This document shows, piece by piece, positions 28,936 through 39,125 of a DNA stretch of 62,194 nt. This stretch comes from a virus (Duplodnaviria; Heunggongvirae; Uroviricota; Caudoviricetes), in IMG/VR virus record IMGVR_UViG_3300036829_000172, positions 1 to 62,194 of that record, one strand, 5' to 3'. The notes below the pieces were generated by a model that saw only the letters and a program-made list of their open reading frames with translations, was not told where the DNA came from and did not search any database. How positions within the stretch are numbered: the stretch's first letter is position 1; each line of letters begins with the position of its first letter. Made by a program: the position numbers and the translations under genes.

Positions 28936-29885
28936 GCACACACACCGACGAGGACGAACAGGACGCCGTTTGGCTGGCGCGGCAGATGAGCGAAGACGAC
29001 GAGCTCACCGGCGTGCCCCAGCAGGAGCAGGAGGAGCCGCAACCGGAGCAACCGGAGCCTGTCGACCTCGACGACGACGACCACGACACCGAATCAGCCG
29101 ACGAACAGGCAGCCAAACCTGTTTCGCCGAGAGCGAAATTCATCGGCCTGGCGGCGGCCGGTGCGGCGGTCGTGCTGGCGGCTTCGGCGCTGTTCTACAC
29201 CGGAGGCTGCGAACCCGGCCGGACAACCGTGTCCCGCGAAGTCGCCGACCCGATCGCTACCGGCAAACCCGCGGCGCCGTCAGGACCGGCGACGCCCAGC
29301 CCGCAGACCGACCGTCCGCTGCCCTACACCGCCGACGCGTCCGGATCGTGCCCGGCCGGGTCAACATCCGCGCAGACCATGGACGGCGCCGACCCCCGCA
29401 ACGCGTTCGTCTGCGCGCGGGGCGGCCTGGACGGGCAGGTCATCAGCATCGAGCTGCCCAAAACCTTTGTGGTGACGGCGATCGTGCTGACGCCGGGCTG
29501 GGTCGGCAAGGACGCCTCCGGGACGGAGCAGTGGCCGCAGCACCGGGTGGTCAGCACCGTCCAATACACCTTCAACGACAGCGACGGCACGTTGATCACC
29601 CAGGAGACGCAGAACGTCCACGGTGAGGCGACGATCGCGGTGAAACGGGTGATGGCCTCACGGATGACGATGTTGATCCGGCAGACCGCGCGCCCACCGG
29701 CGCAACCACCGTCGACGGCACCGACACCTGCAGGCGGCCTGGACAGCATCCTGGGTGACCGCGCGCCGAGCGTGGCGCCGCTGCCGCAGGTGCCGATCTT
29801 CGGGCAATCCGCCACCGACACAGACCCGGCAGACGCGACATTCGCGATCTCCCGCCTGAAAATCATCGGCCACGAAGCGATCTAG
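28932..29885 (+). CDS. Membrane-anchored protein with discoidin/glycan-binding-like domain (tra region)
   Basis: Acidic N-terminus, TM helix, VTAIVLTPGW...FAISRLKIIG. Confidence 0.65.
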   Translation: MSTHTDEDEQDAVWLARQMSEDDELTGVPQQEQEEPQPEQPEPVDLDDDDHDTESADEQAAKPVSPRAKFIGLAAAGAAVVLAASALFYTGGCEPGRTTVSREVADPIATGKPAAPSGPATPSPQTDRPLPYTADASGSCPAGSTSAQTMDGADPRNAFVCARGGLDGQVISIELPKTFVVTAIVLTPGWVGKDASGTEQWPQHRVVSTVQYTFNDSDGTLITQETQNVHGEATIAVKRVMASRMTMLIRQTARPPAQPPSTAPTPAGGLDSILGDRAPSVAPLPQVPIFGQSATDTDPADATFAISRLKIIGHEAI

Positions 29886-29886
29886 C

Positions 29887-30540
29887 GTGTGCAGCCAATG
29901 CAGGCGGGACAGGCAGCAGCTACGGCGCGGCCTATGCCACGCCTGTTACGAACGAGCCCGGCGCAGCGGCGACATCCGCAGCAACCTGGTCGACGCCACC
30001 CCGGCCAAAGCAAAAATTGCGGAGCTGGTCGCCGCCGGCTGGGGGCAACGGCGCATCGCCAAACAAGCCGGTGTCAGCCGCAGCATGCTCATGTGGATCA
30101 TGCGGGGCCGTGCGGTGATCGCGGCGAAAACCTGTGACGCTATCTGCGCGCTGGAAGCGGAGCCGGACCCGGCGGCGATCGCGCACCGCGCGCTGTGTGA
30201 GGCGGGGATGCGGGGAGACTATGTGTCCCCGCAGCGTAAGTACCGTCATACGCGGGCTGCGCGCGAGAAGTGGGTGAAGAAGTGGATAGCCGAGGAACTG
30301 GACGTTGAGGAGCTGGCCGCCGAGCGCCGCACGGAGCGCCGCCTGCCGTTCCCTGAGCTCTACGCCGAGCTGCGCTATCACTGCGGACTCGCGGACTGGG
30401 AAATTGCCAAGCGCCTGGGCGTCCTCGACATGTCGCTGCTGCGCCGACTGGAGAACCACGGGATCAAGCCGACCCCCGAGTTCGTGACGATGTGCTGCGA
30501 CCTCAGACGCGAACAGCGCAAGGCTGCGCAATGCGCGTGA
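29887..30540 (+). CDS. Phage-type Zn-finger/HTH DNA-binding protein
   Basis: RGLCHACY; GWGQRRIAKQAGVSRS; second HTH DWEIAKRLGV. Confidence 0.65.
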   Translation: MCSQCRRDRQQLRRGLCHACYERARRSGDIRSNLVDATPAKAKIAELVAAGWGQRRIAKQAGVSRSMLMWIMRGRAVIAAKTCDAICALEAEPDPAAIAHRALCEAGMRGDYVSPQRKYRHTRAAREKWVKKWIAEELDVEELAAERRTERRLPFPELYAELRYHCGLADWEIAKRLGVLDMSLLRRLENHGIKPTPEFVTMCCDLRREQRKAAQCA

Positions 30541-31454
30541 ACAAGACGTGGCGGCAACGGCTGTCCACGTCGAAGTCGACCGGCGGGAAGTGGGGCATCT
30601 ACGTCATGGCGGCGCTCGGCGCGCTGGCCGGCCTGCACCTGGTGTGGCAGGTCCTGTTCGGGTCGCCGACCGACGTCGCAGCCGTCGCCCGCACCGCAGT
30701 CAACAAAGCCGCCGTCGTCAGCTCATTCGCCCAGGACTACGTGTCCGTGTGGCTCACCGCCACCGCGCAAGACACCGCAAGCCTGGCGCAGTTCGTGTCG
30801 CTGCCGTCCAACGACATGGCGTTGCCGCCCACACCGGCGGTGGTGATCACCTCACCCACCGTCGTCGCCGCCACCTATGAGGGTCTGACAGGCCGCGACG
30901 GGCAAAGCGAACTGTGGTCGGTCGTGGTCGGGGTGACGCAGCGGGCGTGGGAGTCCGCGCCGCCCGACCGGGCGCTGTACCGGGTGCCGGTCCTGTGGTC
31001 GCGGTTCGGGCCGCGGGCGGCGAGCCTACCGGCGCGGATCGGCGGCCCCGGTCCGGGGGCGGACCTGCCGACCGCCTACCCGGCCACGCCTGGACCGTCG
31101 GACCCCGTGTTCACGATGGTGTCAGGTTTCATGACCGCATATCTGACGTCAGCCGGGGCGGTGGACCGCTACGTCACCACCGATTCGCTGATCACCGGGT
31201 TGGGCGACGCCTACCAGAGCGTCACGGTGACGTCGCTGCGGGCCGCGCAACAGCCCGCAGCCAAACCCGCAGACGGGCAGGCCGTTGCGGTGCTGGCCCA
31301 GGTCGACGCGCTCACCGCGCAATACGCCCACGTCTATCTGAGCTATCCGCTGACGCTGCGCGGCGTCGGCGGCAGCTGGTCAGTCGCTGCGATCGACCCC
31401 GTACCAGCGATGGCGCACGACGACGCGCCCGCACCCGTCGATGACCCCCACTAA
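30531..31454 (+). CDS. Conjugal transfer protein TcpC/VirB8-like
   Basis: One TM, SFAQDYVSVWL, YRVPV, GFMTAYL, YPLTL..WSVAAID. Confidence 0.82.
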   Translation: MRVNKTWRQRLSTSKSTGGKWGIYVMAALGALAGLHLVWQVLFGSPTDVAAVARTAVNKAAVVSSFAQDYVSVWLTATAQDTASLAQFVSLPSNDMALPPTPAVVITSPTVVAATYEGLTGRDGQSELWSVVVGVTQRAWESAPPDRALYRVPVLWSRFGPRAASLPARIGGPGPGADLPTAYPATPGPSDPVFTMVSGFMTAYLTSAGAVDRYVTTDSLITGLGDAYQSVTVTSLRAAQQPAAKPADGQAVAVLAQVDALTAQYAHVYLSYPLTLRGVGGSWSVAAIDPVPAMAHDDAPAPVDDPH

Positions 31455-31466
31455 AGGAGCAACAAA

Positions 31467-31682
31467 ATGCCCAATTTCGCGCCACGCCAAATCTTCATCG
31501 CCCACGAGAGCCTGTGGAACGCGATGCAGCGTTGGGCCGCCGACCACAACTTCCACCTGGACCGCATACCCGACGGGGCCGACGAAAACGGGGTTCCGTT
31601 TTTCCGCGAGGACAAGCCGGAAACCGAATGCCCGCAGTGCGGGCACACCCCGACCTACAGTTTCATGTCGAAAACCATCTAG
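31467..31682 (+). CDS. Small hypothetical protein (CPQCG)
   Basis: AAGGAG RBS upstream. Confidence 0.55.
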   Translation: MPNFAPRQIFIAHESLWNAMQRWAADHNFHLDRIPDGADENGVPFFREDKPETECPQCGHTPTYSFMSKTI

Positions 31683-31688
31683 GAGGAA

Positions 31689-31903
31689 AAATGATTGTTC
31701 AGACTCTGGCGGCCGGTGATCTGTTCACCGGCATCTCATCCATGTGGAAGGAGATGATGGCGCCGCTGGATCCCGTCGTCGTCGGCACAGTCGTGCTCTT
31801 CGTCGTCGTGACGGCGTTAGCGGTTGGCCACGGCATTTGGCGCGCAAAGAAGGAGCGGGGCAAATGATTGTTCAGACTCTGGCGGCCGGTGATCTGTTCA
31901 CCG
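31689..31903 (+). repeat. 42-bp exact direct repeat (31689-31730, 31862-31903)
   Basis: AAATGATTGTTCAGACTCTGGCGGCCGGTGATCTGTTCACCG occurs twice. Confidence 0.9.
31691..31867 (+). CDS. Short membrane protein sharing its N-terminus with the next gene
   Basis: AGGAGG RBS; MIVQTLAAGDLFT. Confidence 0.6.
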   Translation: MIVQTLAAGDLFTGISSMWKEMMAPLDPVVVGTVVLFVVVTALAVGHGIWRAKKERGK

Positions 31904-32136
31904 CCATCCCGTCGATGTGGAACGACGCGAGGGTGCCGCTCGCCATCGTGGTGATCGCGATCGGCGCAATCATTGCGGCATCGAAGCTAAGCAAAGGGGT
32001 AGGGACCGCGATCGGATTGTTCATCGCGGCCGCCGTTCTCGCCGCGTTGGTCATCGGCAGCTCCGGCCTGGTCGCCACGATCAAACAGACCACCGATGTT
32101 CACGGCGGACTGACCGTCGGCCAATATGGCCGCTGA
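31864..32136 (+). CDS. Small two-TM pilin/VirB2-like protein
   Basis: 90 aa, two hydrophobic helices, between tcpC-like and virB4-like genes. Confidence 0.6.
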   Translation: MIVQTLAAGDLFTAIPSMWNDARVPLAIVVIAIGAIIAASKLSKGVGTAIGLFIAAAVLAALVIGSSGLVATIKQTTDVHGGLTVGQYGR

Positions 32137-32380
32137 CGTCGTGCCTGGCGACGAGGACGCCGCCTGGAATCGGCGCTTGGCGGACGAGTTCGGGTTATGC
32201 GTCCCCGCGGGCGTGCCGGGTTTCCCGTACGACGGCGGCGCGACCGGCACCGGGAAACGCATCGACGCCTACGACGAGCGGAAGCGCCGGAGACCCACCA
32301 CCGAGGAACAGCAGGCCATCGAGGCCGCCGAACAATGGGCCGACTCCCTTCCACCAGACGATCCAGACGACGATGACTGA
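32126..32380 (+). CDS. Small acidic hypothetical protein
   Basis: Overlaps both neighbours at its ends. Confidence 0.45.
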   Translation: MAADVVPGDEDAAWNRRLADEFGLCVPAGVPGFPYDGGATGTGKRIDAYDERKRRRPTTEEQQAIEAAEQWADSLPPDDPDDDD

Positions 32381-35138
32381 GACTGCCCGGGTATTCACCG
32401 ACGTCAGGGACTTCCCGATATACATCTCGCACATGGACGACCAGACGCGGATCTGGTTCGCCCCCTACCGGGTGTGGGACGGCGCGGTCGCGGTGCTGGG
32501 TCTGATCGGCACCGCCACAGCGATGTATCACTGGCTGAACTCTGGGCATGTGCTGGTGGTCGGCCTGCTAGGGCTCGCGCTGACCGGACTGGCGACGTGG
32601 GTGGCGCGGTTCATGCCGATCAGCCGCCCCAGCCCGGCCTACCGGGTGTGGTGGCTGCTGACGGCGCTGTTCGCCAACCAGAGACGCGCCGCCGTCGACG
32701 GTAGGCGTGATCCGTGGCTGTCGCCACCGAAGGCGGTGATCGACAACCTGGTGTTCACCCAGGGCGGGGTGTGGGCCGAGTTCCTGCTGACGGGTCAGCC
32801 GGGCGGGATGCTGCCCTACGACCGGAAACGGGCCATCGCGAAAGGTCATCGGCCGCTGGTGCGTCAGCTGCCCAGCGGCATCGTCTTGTGGGGGGTATGC
32901 GTGCCCGTCAGCCCGCGCCGGATCAAGCAGCGGATGCTGGCGGGCTACCAGGACCGCGGCGGGTGGGTGGGCGAAGTCCGCGCATGGGACGACGTCCTCG
33001 CGGTCGAACCGTATTGGGAGGTGGTGTTCGGTGTGCGGGTGCCGGTCGATGCGGGGATGGCCGGGCGCAGCAGCACCGGCGGCCTGGCGAAAACCTGGAA
33101 AACGATCGTGGGCGCCGACCCCGACGACCCGGGGACGCTGACGGGCTACCGCGAGTTCGCGGAGGAAATACGCGCGAAAATCCCGCCGCAGTTCGAGCCC
33201 ACCCCGGCCACTCCACGCCAGATTCGCTGGCTGTACCACCGCCACGTCACCCGCGGAGCCGACGACAGCCCGTTCCCGCACGGGCCGGGCGGACCTGACC
33301 GGCTCACCACAGCCGACTTCGCCGGCATGGCCGCGCAGTTCGATGAAGGCGACCAGTCCGGCCGCGTCGCGCACCGCTCATGGCTGCGGCGACGGCTGCC
33401 GTCACTGTCGCCGATCCTGCGGATCAACGACAGCTACCAGGCGCTGCTCCCGGTCGAACAGCTGCCCCGCCAAGGCCTCGCGCATCCCGGCGCTGAATAT
33501 CTCCTGTCGGTCTACGACGTGGACACCGACACCCAGGTCGACTGGTTTCACTACGTCAACACCCGGTCGCGGGAGAAGGCGTTGGCGCGTGTCGACCGGG
33601 CACAACGCAACCTTGACGATCAGGCGTTCCAGCGGGCCGGGCACCGCGCAAGCAACAACGACCTGGCAGCCCGCTACGAATCCGGCGAGGACTACAACAC
33701 CGAACTGGAAGCCTCCACCCTGGAACGCGAAACCGAATGGACGACGGTCATCGCGATCGGATCAGAGTCGGCTCAGACCACCACGTTCGCGGCGCGGGGG
33801 CTGCGCACCCACATGGGTGAGGAACTGGAAATGACCCTCGGCCAGCCGCGCGGCGCGCAGCGGGCGCTGTGGCAGCTGGGTGCGACAGGCAGCGAGCAAC
33901 GCGCACCGACCAGCCAGTACGGTCAGCCGACCACCACTAACCACTGGGCTCGCTTCGCCCCGCTCGCCTCAGCCGAGTTGGGCAACGACACCGGCATCCT
34001 GCTCGCCCGCAACCTGTCCACGCTGCGGCCGGGACCTGTCTTCGTCGACCTGGAAGGCAGCACCGAACGCCGCGACGCGCCGGGCATGCTGTGGATCGGG
34101 CCGCCCGGCGGCGGGAAATCGCAAGGCGTCAAACGCATCGTCGACGGGCTGATCAAACGCGGATCGCAGGTGTCGATCATCGACCCGGGCACCATGCGTG
34201 AATGGGGTCCAGCGCTAGCCCACCACGGCGACGCGGTCGCGGTGCTCGACCCCACCAGCGGTGAATGGTCACTCGACCCCCTGCGCCTGTTCCCCCGCCG
34301 GGTCGCCGTCGAACACACCCTCGACCACCTCCTGCCGCTGATCGGGGTGGAACCAGACTCAGTCGTGGCCGGGCAACTGCGGCGGCTGCTGCGCGACGAA
34401 CGCATCGGTTCCCTCGGCGCGCTAGTACGGCACCTGAACACCACCACCGAATACACCGAGCTGACCGCAAAGCTCAACGCGTGGGCGGAGATCGACTACC
34501 TGCGCGCCGTGTTCAATGACACCCTGCCCGCGCCGCCGATCGCGGAGAAGGACGCGGTGATCTGGCTGACCGCGGACCTCGAGCTGCCGAACACCAGCGA
34601 AACCGACAATGTGCACCTGTACCGTCGCCAGTCCCCCCGCGCCCGCGCCGGGCTGGCCGTGTACGGGCTGATCGCGTCGCTGACGCGGCTGACCTACACG
34701 GGGCCGACGCGGCGCGGCGGGTTCGGCTGGCTGGTCTGCGAGGAGGCCCGCACCTATCTGGCGTCACCGGTCGGGCGGGAGGACGCGCAGCGGATCGTCA
34801 CCCAAGGCCGAAAGGAACATTATGGTTTGATCGCGATCTCGCAGCACATCGAGGACTTCGCCGGGATACCGACCCAGGACCTGCCGATGCGGGTCATCAC
34901 CCCGTTCAAGGCGACCGAACGTGAATACGCGCGGGCTACATTCGCCCGGATGGGTATCGACCCCGACGAATACCCCGACGTGCTGGAAACCCGCACAGTC
35001 AAGGACCGCGGCTACGCCTACTTCATCGACCACCTCGGCCGCGCCGGGCTCATCGACCTGCTGGCGCCGGTGCAGCAGGAGCTGCGTGACGCGTTCGACA
35101 CCCGCCGCCTGGGGAACCTAGCGCGTGAGGTGTCATGA
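32373..35138 (+). CDS. virB4: VirB4-like ATPase with N-terminal two-TM (VirB3/TcpE-like) region
   Basis: Start MTETARVFT; Walker A GPPGGGKS, IIDPG, Walker B LVCEEA, GRKEH..ISQ. Confidence 0.88.
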   Translation: MTETARVFTDVRDFPIYISHMDDQTRIWFAPYRVWDGAVAVLGLIGTATAMYHWLNSGHVLVVGLLGLALTGLATWVARFMPISRPSPAYRVWWLLTALFANQRRAAVDGRRDPWLSPPKAVIDNLVFTQGGVWAEFLLTGQPGGMLPYDRKRAIAKGHRPLVRQLPSGIVLWGVCVPVSPRRIKQRMLAGYQDRGGWVGEVRAWDDVLAVEPYWEVVFGVRVPVDAGMAGRSSTGGLAKTWKTIVGADPDDPGTLTGYREFAEEIRAKIPPQFEPTPATPRQIRWLYHRHVTRGADDSPFPHGPGGPDRLTTADFAGMAAQFDEGDQSGRVAHRSWLRRRLPSLSPILRINDSYQALLPVEQLPRQGLAHPGAEYLLSVYDVDTDTQVDWFHYVNTRSREKALARVDRAQRNLDDQAFQRAGHRASNNDLAARYESGEDYNTELEASTLERETEWTTVIAIGSESAQTTTFAARGLRTHMGEELEMTLGQPRGAQRALWQLGATGSEQRAPTSQYGQPTTTNHWARFAPLASAELGNDTGILLARNLSTLRPGPVFVDLEGSTERRDAPGMLWIGPPGGGKSQGVKRIVDGLIKRGSQVSIIDPGTMREWGPALAHHGDAVAVLDPTSGEWSLDPLRLFPRRVAVEHTLDHLLPLIGVEPDSVVAGQLRRLLRDERIGSLGALVRHLNTTTEYTELTAKLNAWAEIDYLRAVFNDTLPAPPIAEKDAVIWLTADLELPNTSETDNVHLYRRQSPRARAGLAVYGLIASLTRLTYTGPTRRGGFGWLVCEEARTYLASPVGREDAQRIVTQGRKEHYGLIAISQHIEDFAGIPTQDLPMRVITPFKATEREYARATFARMGIDPDEYPDVLETRTVKDRGYAYFIDHLGRAGLIDLLAPVQQELRDAFDTRRLGNLAREVS

Positions 35139-36086
35139 ACCGCGAGATCACATGCGCTCATCCTTTATTGGCGCCGGAATCAGTCGCACGCGGCTACTGC
35201 GAAGCATGTTTTCAAGCCGCAAAGCCAGCGGACTGGCCGTCGACGATGCGATGGAAAGGTGAGGAGTTTTCATGACCGCTGGGCGGGTGTACGGGGTGTA
35301 CGGGGAGTGCTCCTGCGGTCACCCGCTGGACGGGCAGTGCGAAAATGCGGACTGCGAGAAACGTGACTGCTTGTGCACCTACTACGTGACGGTGGTGCGT
35401 TGCGGATGCGGGGCTGACGGCGACGACTTGTGGCGCAACGTGTTCCACGCCATGAACGTCACCCGCTGCCAACGATGCGGCAATGAGTGGTGGGGCTGGA
35501 ACCTGTGATGGAGGAGCGAGAATGATGCATCGACTGACCTGCCCGGTCTGCAATCCGCTGGCGAAACGTCGGCGGCGCCGGTTCGTGGCCCGCGTACAGG
35601 CCGACGGTCACATCGAGTTCATGCGCCTGCTGGCGGAGCAATGCCGCGCCGCCGGGGCCGCGAAGGGATTGAAGCGATGACGACCACGGAGGTCAGCGAC
35701 TTCGTCAACCGGGATATGGCGCTGTGCGCGGCGGCGTTAGACCACGGTCGTGATGTCCTCATCCGCGCTGTCGAGATGATCAGGGATGCCGAGAGGAACG
35801 CTAGGCAGTCATGACCATCTGGGATGCGACATCTTTTCTCAAGATCCCCATCGAGACAGCCAGCGCCCCGACCAGCGGGCTGCGACACGTCTACGTCGAC
35901 TACTGGTGGGTGGTCAGCGACGACGAATGCATCTACACGTTCGCACCGACCGGCAGCCCGCAGTGCAACGCATCGAAGACGCTCGTGGAGAAAATTGTCG
36001 GCGACGGGTCGAACTACCCGGGCTTCAAAGAGATCCGCCAACTCCCGTTCGTGTCGTTCCGCGTCAACCCGGCAGATTACGTCTGA
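35135..36086 (+). other. Run of five small phage-like ORFs (35135-35275, 35272-35508, 35522-35680, 35677-35814, 35811-36086)
   Basis: ATGA overlaps and GGAG RBSs; several are Cys-rich. Confidence 0.6.
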
Positions 36087-38137
36087 TGATGGCGGCGTGG
36101 CTCTACGAGCACCCCCGGGCCCGCCGAGCATGGCTGATGCTGCAGCTGCTGTGGGGCGGGTGGCTGCTGGCGCTGCTGAGCGCGCCGCCCGCCTCGGCCG
36201 CGTCAACCGGTGCTGCCGAGCTGTCGTGGACAGGGCTGCACGACAGCTACGGCGTGCCGATCGGCGCCCACCTCGTGTCCACCGTGCCCATGCTCGAAGC
36301 GCTACGCGAGCAGGGCCCCGACTTCGGCCTCACCCCCGACTCGTGGGGGCCGGCGCTGGCCGCGAAAAGCGCGACCGCGCTCACCTACACCGGCCTGGCC
36401 GGGATGCTGGCGTTCGAGTCGGCGGCGCTGGCGTTCATCTGCGCCATCGGCATCTGGTTCGTCAAATTCGCGCTGTCCACCACCTGGCTGGGCTGGCTGG
36501 CCGCCGCCGCCCGCCCGATCCTGAACAGCATCAACGCCATGGTGTCGTGGATGCAACTCGAAGTGGGAATGGGCCTCATCTGCGTGGCCATCGGCGCGGT
36601 CATCGCCGTCGTCAAAGGCGTCGGCCGCGGGCTAGGCATCATGTTCGGCGGGGTCATCGTCATCATCCTCACCGCGTGGCTGCTACGCGACCCGATCGGC
36701 ACCGAAGTGGGCGACAACGGGGTGCTCGGCATCGGCCGAACCATCGGGTTCCGGCTCTCGCAAGGTTTCGCCAACAACGGTTCGGTCTCCTCAGGCGACA
36801 TCACCTCGCAGCTGGACAAGCTGACCAGCTGGCTCGTCGACGTCCTGGTCCGCGAACAGGTCGAACAGATCAACTTCGGCCGGGTGATCGATGACATCCC
36901 GGGCTGCGCCTCCATCTACAGCGGCGCGCTGATGTCGCCCACCGCCAACCCGGCGCACGCGGTCGGCACCTGCGCACCCGACGCGTTAGCGCACGCCCAG
37001 CAACTGTCCGGCGGGACAGCCGGACTATTCGCGCTGCTGATCCTGGTAATCTGCGTCGTGCTGTTCGCGCTGTGCTACGTCGGCGCGGAAGTCGTGCGGG
37101 TCGGCTTCAAAGCCTTCTTTCACCTCGTGGCGATCGTGCCAGCCGCACCGTTCGCGATCCCGCCGGGCCCGCCGCGAGAGTTCGTGAAACGCACCGCCAT
37201 CAAGCTGGTGGTGCACGGCGTCGAAACGCTCATCGCCACCGTCGGCCTCGGTGTGCTGGTCATCCTGATGGCCAACACCACCCGCGGCACGCTGCCAGGC
37301 GCGATCGGAATGACCCATCCCGTCGGGAAACTCGTCGTCATGCTCCTCGTCGGCGTCTTCGGCGCAGTCGCCTTCCGGTACCTGCTGCGCGGGCTTTTCG
37401 GGGACCGCGGCCTGCCAGGTCCAGTGCGGATCGCCAAAGGCGTCAGCGGCCACAGCGGGCGCGCGGAATCGGCGCTGAGCGACGCACGCAACGTGGGCCG
37501 CCGCGCCGGTGCCACCCGCACGTGGCTCGCCGAGCACACAGGCAAGAAGCAGGGCGCGGCAGGCGGCGAGGCAGACCCGAAAGCGCCGGCCCGCAAAGGG
37601 CATCCGACGCCGGGCGCCGAACGTCCCGCCGCGGAACGACGCCCCCCGACAGCACCGTCCGGTGAGTCGGCGCGTCCAACACCCAGCGGGCCGGGCCGCG
37701 GACCTGGCGGGGCAGGCGCGCGCCCAAGCCCCAGCCCGAACGGATCACGTACCGCATCTGTCGCGAAGGGCGCCGTGAAGGTCGGTGTGCAAGCTGCTGC
37801 GGTGGCGGCCGCACCTGAAGGAGCAGTAGCGAAGGTGGCCGTCAGCGCGGCAGCTAAACGGGCTGCCGGAGGCAGACGACGCGCCACACGCGCACAAGCC
37901 GACGGGAACGGCAACAGGAAACCAAGCCGTGAGAAACCGCCCGCACGTACCCCGGCGCGGGCACCGGCCGAACAACAAGCACCGCCCACTGCGCCGCCGT
38001 GTCGCCCACCATCGGACACCAAACCGGCAAGCACGGAAGCGAAGCCGGACGTGAAACAGACGCAGCGTCCTGAGCGCCCAGCGCGCCGCGATGTCCCGCC
38101 ACCAGGTCGCAGCAGCGGGCCTGCGCCCATGGTTTAA
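36086..38137 (+). CDS. Polytopic conjugation membrane protein, VirB6/TcpH-like, with Pro/Ala/Arg-rich tail
   Basis: Many TM segments; LSWTGLHDSYGVPI; downstream of virB4. Confidence 0.72.
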   Translation: MMAAWLYEHPRARRAWLMLQLLWGGWLLALLSAPPASAASTGAAELSWTGLHDSYGVPIGAHLVSTVPMLEALREQGPDFGLTPDSWGPALAAKSATALTYTGLAGMLAFESAALAFICAIGIWFVKFALSTTWLGWLAAAARPILNSINAMVSWMQLEVGMGLICVAIGAVIAVVKGVGRGLGIMFGGVIVIILTAWLLRDPIGTEVGDNGVLGIGRTIGFRLSQGFANNGSVSSGDITSQLDKLTSWLVDVLVREQVEQINFGRVIDDIPGCASIYSGALMSPTANPAHAVGTCAPDALAHAQQLSGGTAGLFALLILVICVVLFALCYVGAEVVRVGFKAFFHLVAIVPAAPFAIPPGPPREFVKRTAIKLVVHGVETLIATVGLGVLVILMANTTRGTLPGAIGMTHPVGKLVVMLLVGVFGAVAFRYLLRGLFGDRGLPGPVRIAKGVSGHSGRAESALSDARNVGRRAGATRTWLAEHTGKKQGAAGGEADPKAPARKGHPTPGAERPAAERRPPTAPSGESARPTPSGPGRGPGGAGARPSPSPNGSRTASVAKGAVKVGVQAAAVAAAPEGAVAKVAVSAAAKRAAGGRRRATRAQADGNGNRKPSREKPPARTPARAPAEQQAPPTAPPCRPPSDTKPASTEAKPDVKQTQRPERPARRDVPPPGRSSGPAPMV

Positions 38138-38171
38138 CATTCCGCGGATTATCAAGACAGAAAGCGAAGCG

Positions 38172-38522
38172 ATGACGGTTGACCCACGAGAAGCCGAGTG
38201 GCGACAGTACGAAGCCGAGCAGCTAGCGAGGGGACGGTGCCCGCACAGCGGCGAGGTACTTCACCGCGAGGGCGAAGCGGGGCCACACGCCGCATCCTGC
38301 GACATGTGTGACTGCTTCGGTTATGACCCTGAACTGGTCAAGGTCTGGCCGCGACCGCTGCGCGTGGTGCGTAGGAAAGTGACCCGGATGAAGTGCTGTG
38401 AATGTGGGCACAGCTTCGCAGGCGATAAATGGACGACCATGTGTCATCAGTGCTTCGACCGGACACTGACGCCACTACAACGGCTTTCGTGGCCTGGCCC
38501 GTTATCAGAGGCAGACACTTGA
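38172..38522 (+). CDS. Cys-rich hypothetical protein
   Basis: Multiple CxxC. Confidence 0.5.
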   Translation: MTVDPREAEWRQYEAEQLARGRCPHSGEVLHREGEAGPHAASCDMCDCFGYDPELVKVWPRPLRVVRRKVTRMKCCECGHSFAGDKWTTMCHQCFDRTLTPLQRLSWPGPLSEADT

Positions 38523-38532
38523 CAGGAGTCCA

Positions 38533-38841
38533 ATGGAAGTCTTAGTGCAGCCCACGGCCTACGCCGTCTCGTGCCTGCCAGCAGACCACATCGACGCTTA
38601 CCACTTCACGCTGCATGTCGAGTGGCGCGGCCCTGGTGACCGCTGGTGCGTGACAGACGGCGCGTACTGCTACCGCAAGGACGGCCACAAGTCCTATGAA
38701 TCGAATCCGTCGAGCCGCACCGACCGGTTCAAGAAGGCTTACCGATTCCCACTCGATGACGCCTTGGCGCTGGCGAAGCGGGTTGCGCCGAAGATGACGG
38801 TGAACGGTCACACGGTCGAATCCGTGTTGGCCCGAGGTTGA
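38533..38841 (+). CDS. Phage-like hypothetical protein
   Basis: AGGAG RBS; VEWRGPGDRW...YESNPSSRTDRF. Confidence 0.6.
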   Translation: MEVLVQPTAYAVSCLPADHIDAYHFTLHVEWRGPGDRWCVTDGAYCYRKDGHKSYESNPSSRTDRFKKAYRFPLDDALALAKRVAPKMTVNGHTVESVLARG

Positions 38842-38845
38842 CATA

Positions 38846-39124
38846 ATGGCCACCGAGCGTGAGCGGATTCAACAGACAGCGCGGAAAGCCGGCGGCTGGC
38901 ATCTAGTCGACGGCCTCGGTGACGAGCGTTACGCCCGCAGAGACGGCACGTTCATCGATGTGTTCTACAACCAGGGCTGTGTGCGTACCGCCAACATCAC
39001 CGCTCCGTCGGGACGGTTCACGATCAGCCGCCGCGGCGAGGATGTACTCGCATGGGTTCGGCCGACCAACCGCCCAGTTATCAGCGAGGTCGCAGCGGGC
39101 CGACACAGCACGAAGAGGAGATGA
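38846..39124 (+). CDS. Hypothetical protein
   Basis: Closely spaced co-oriented ORF. Confidence 0.5.
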   Translation: MATERERIQQTARKAGGWHLVDGLGDERYARRDGTFIDVFYNQGCVRTANITAPSGRFTISRRGEDVLAWVRPTNRPVISEVAAGRHSTKRR

Positions 39125-39125
39125 C

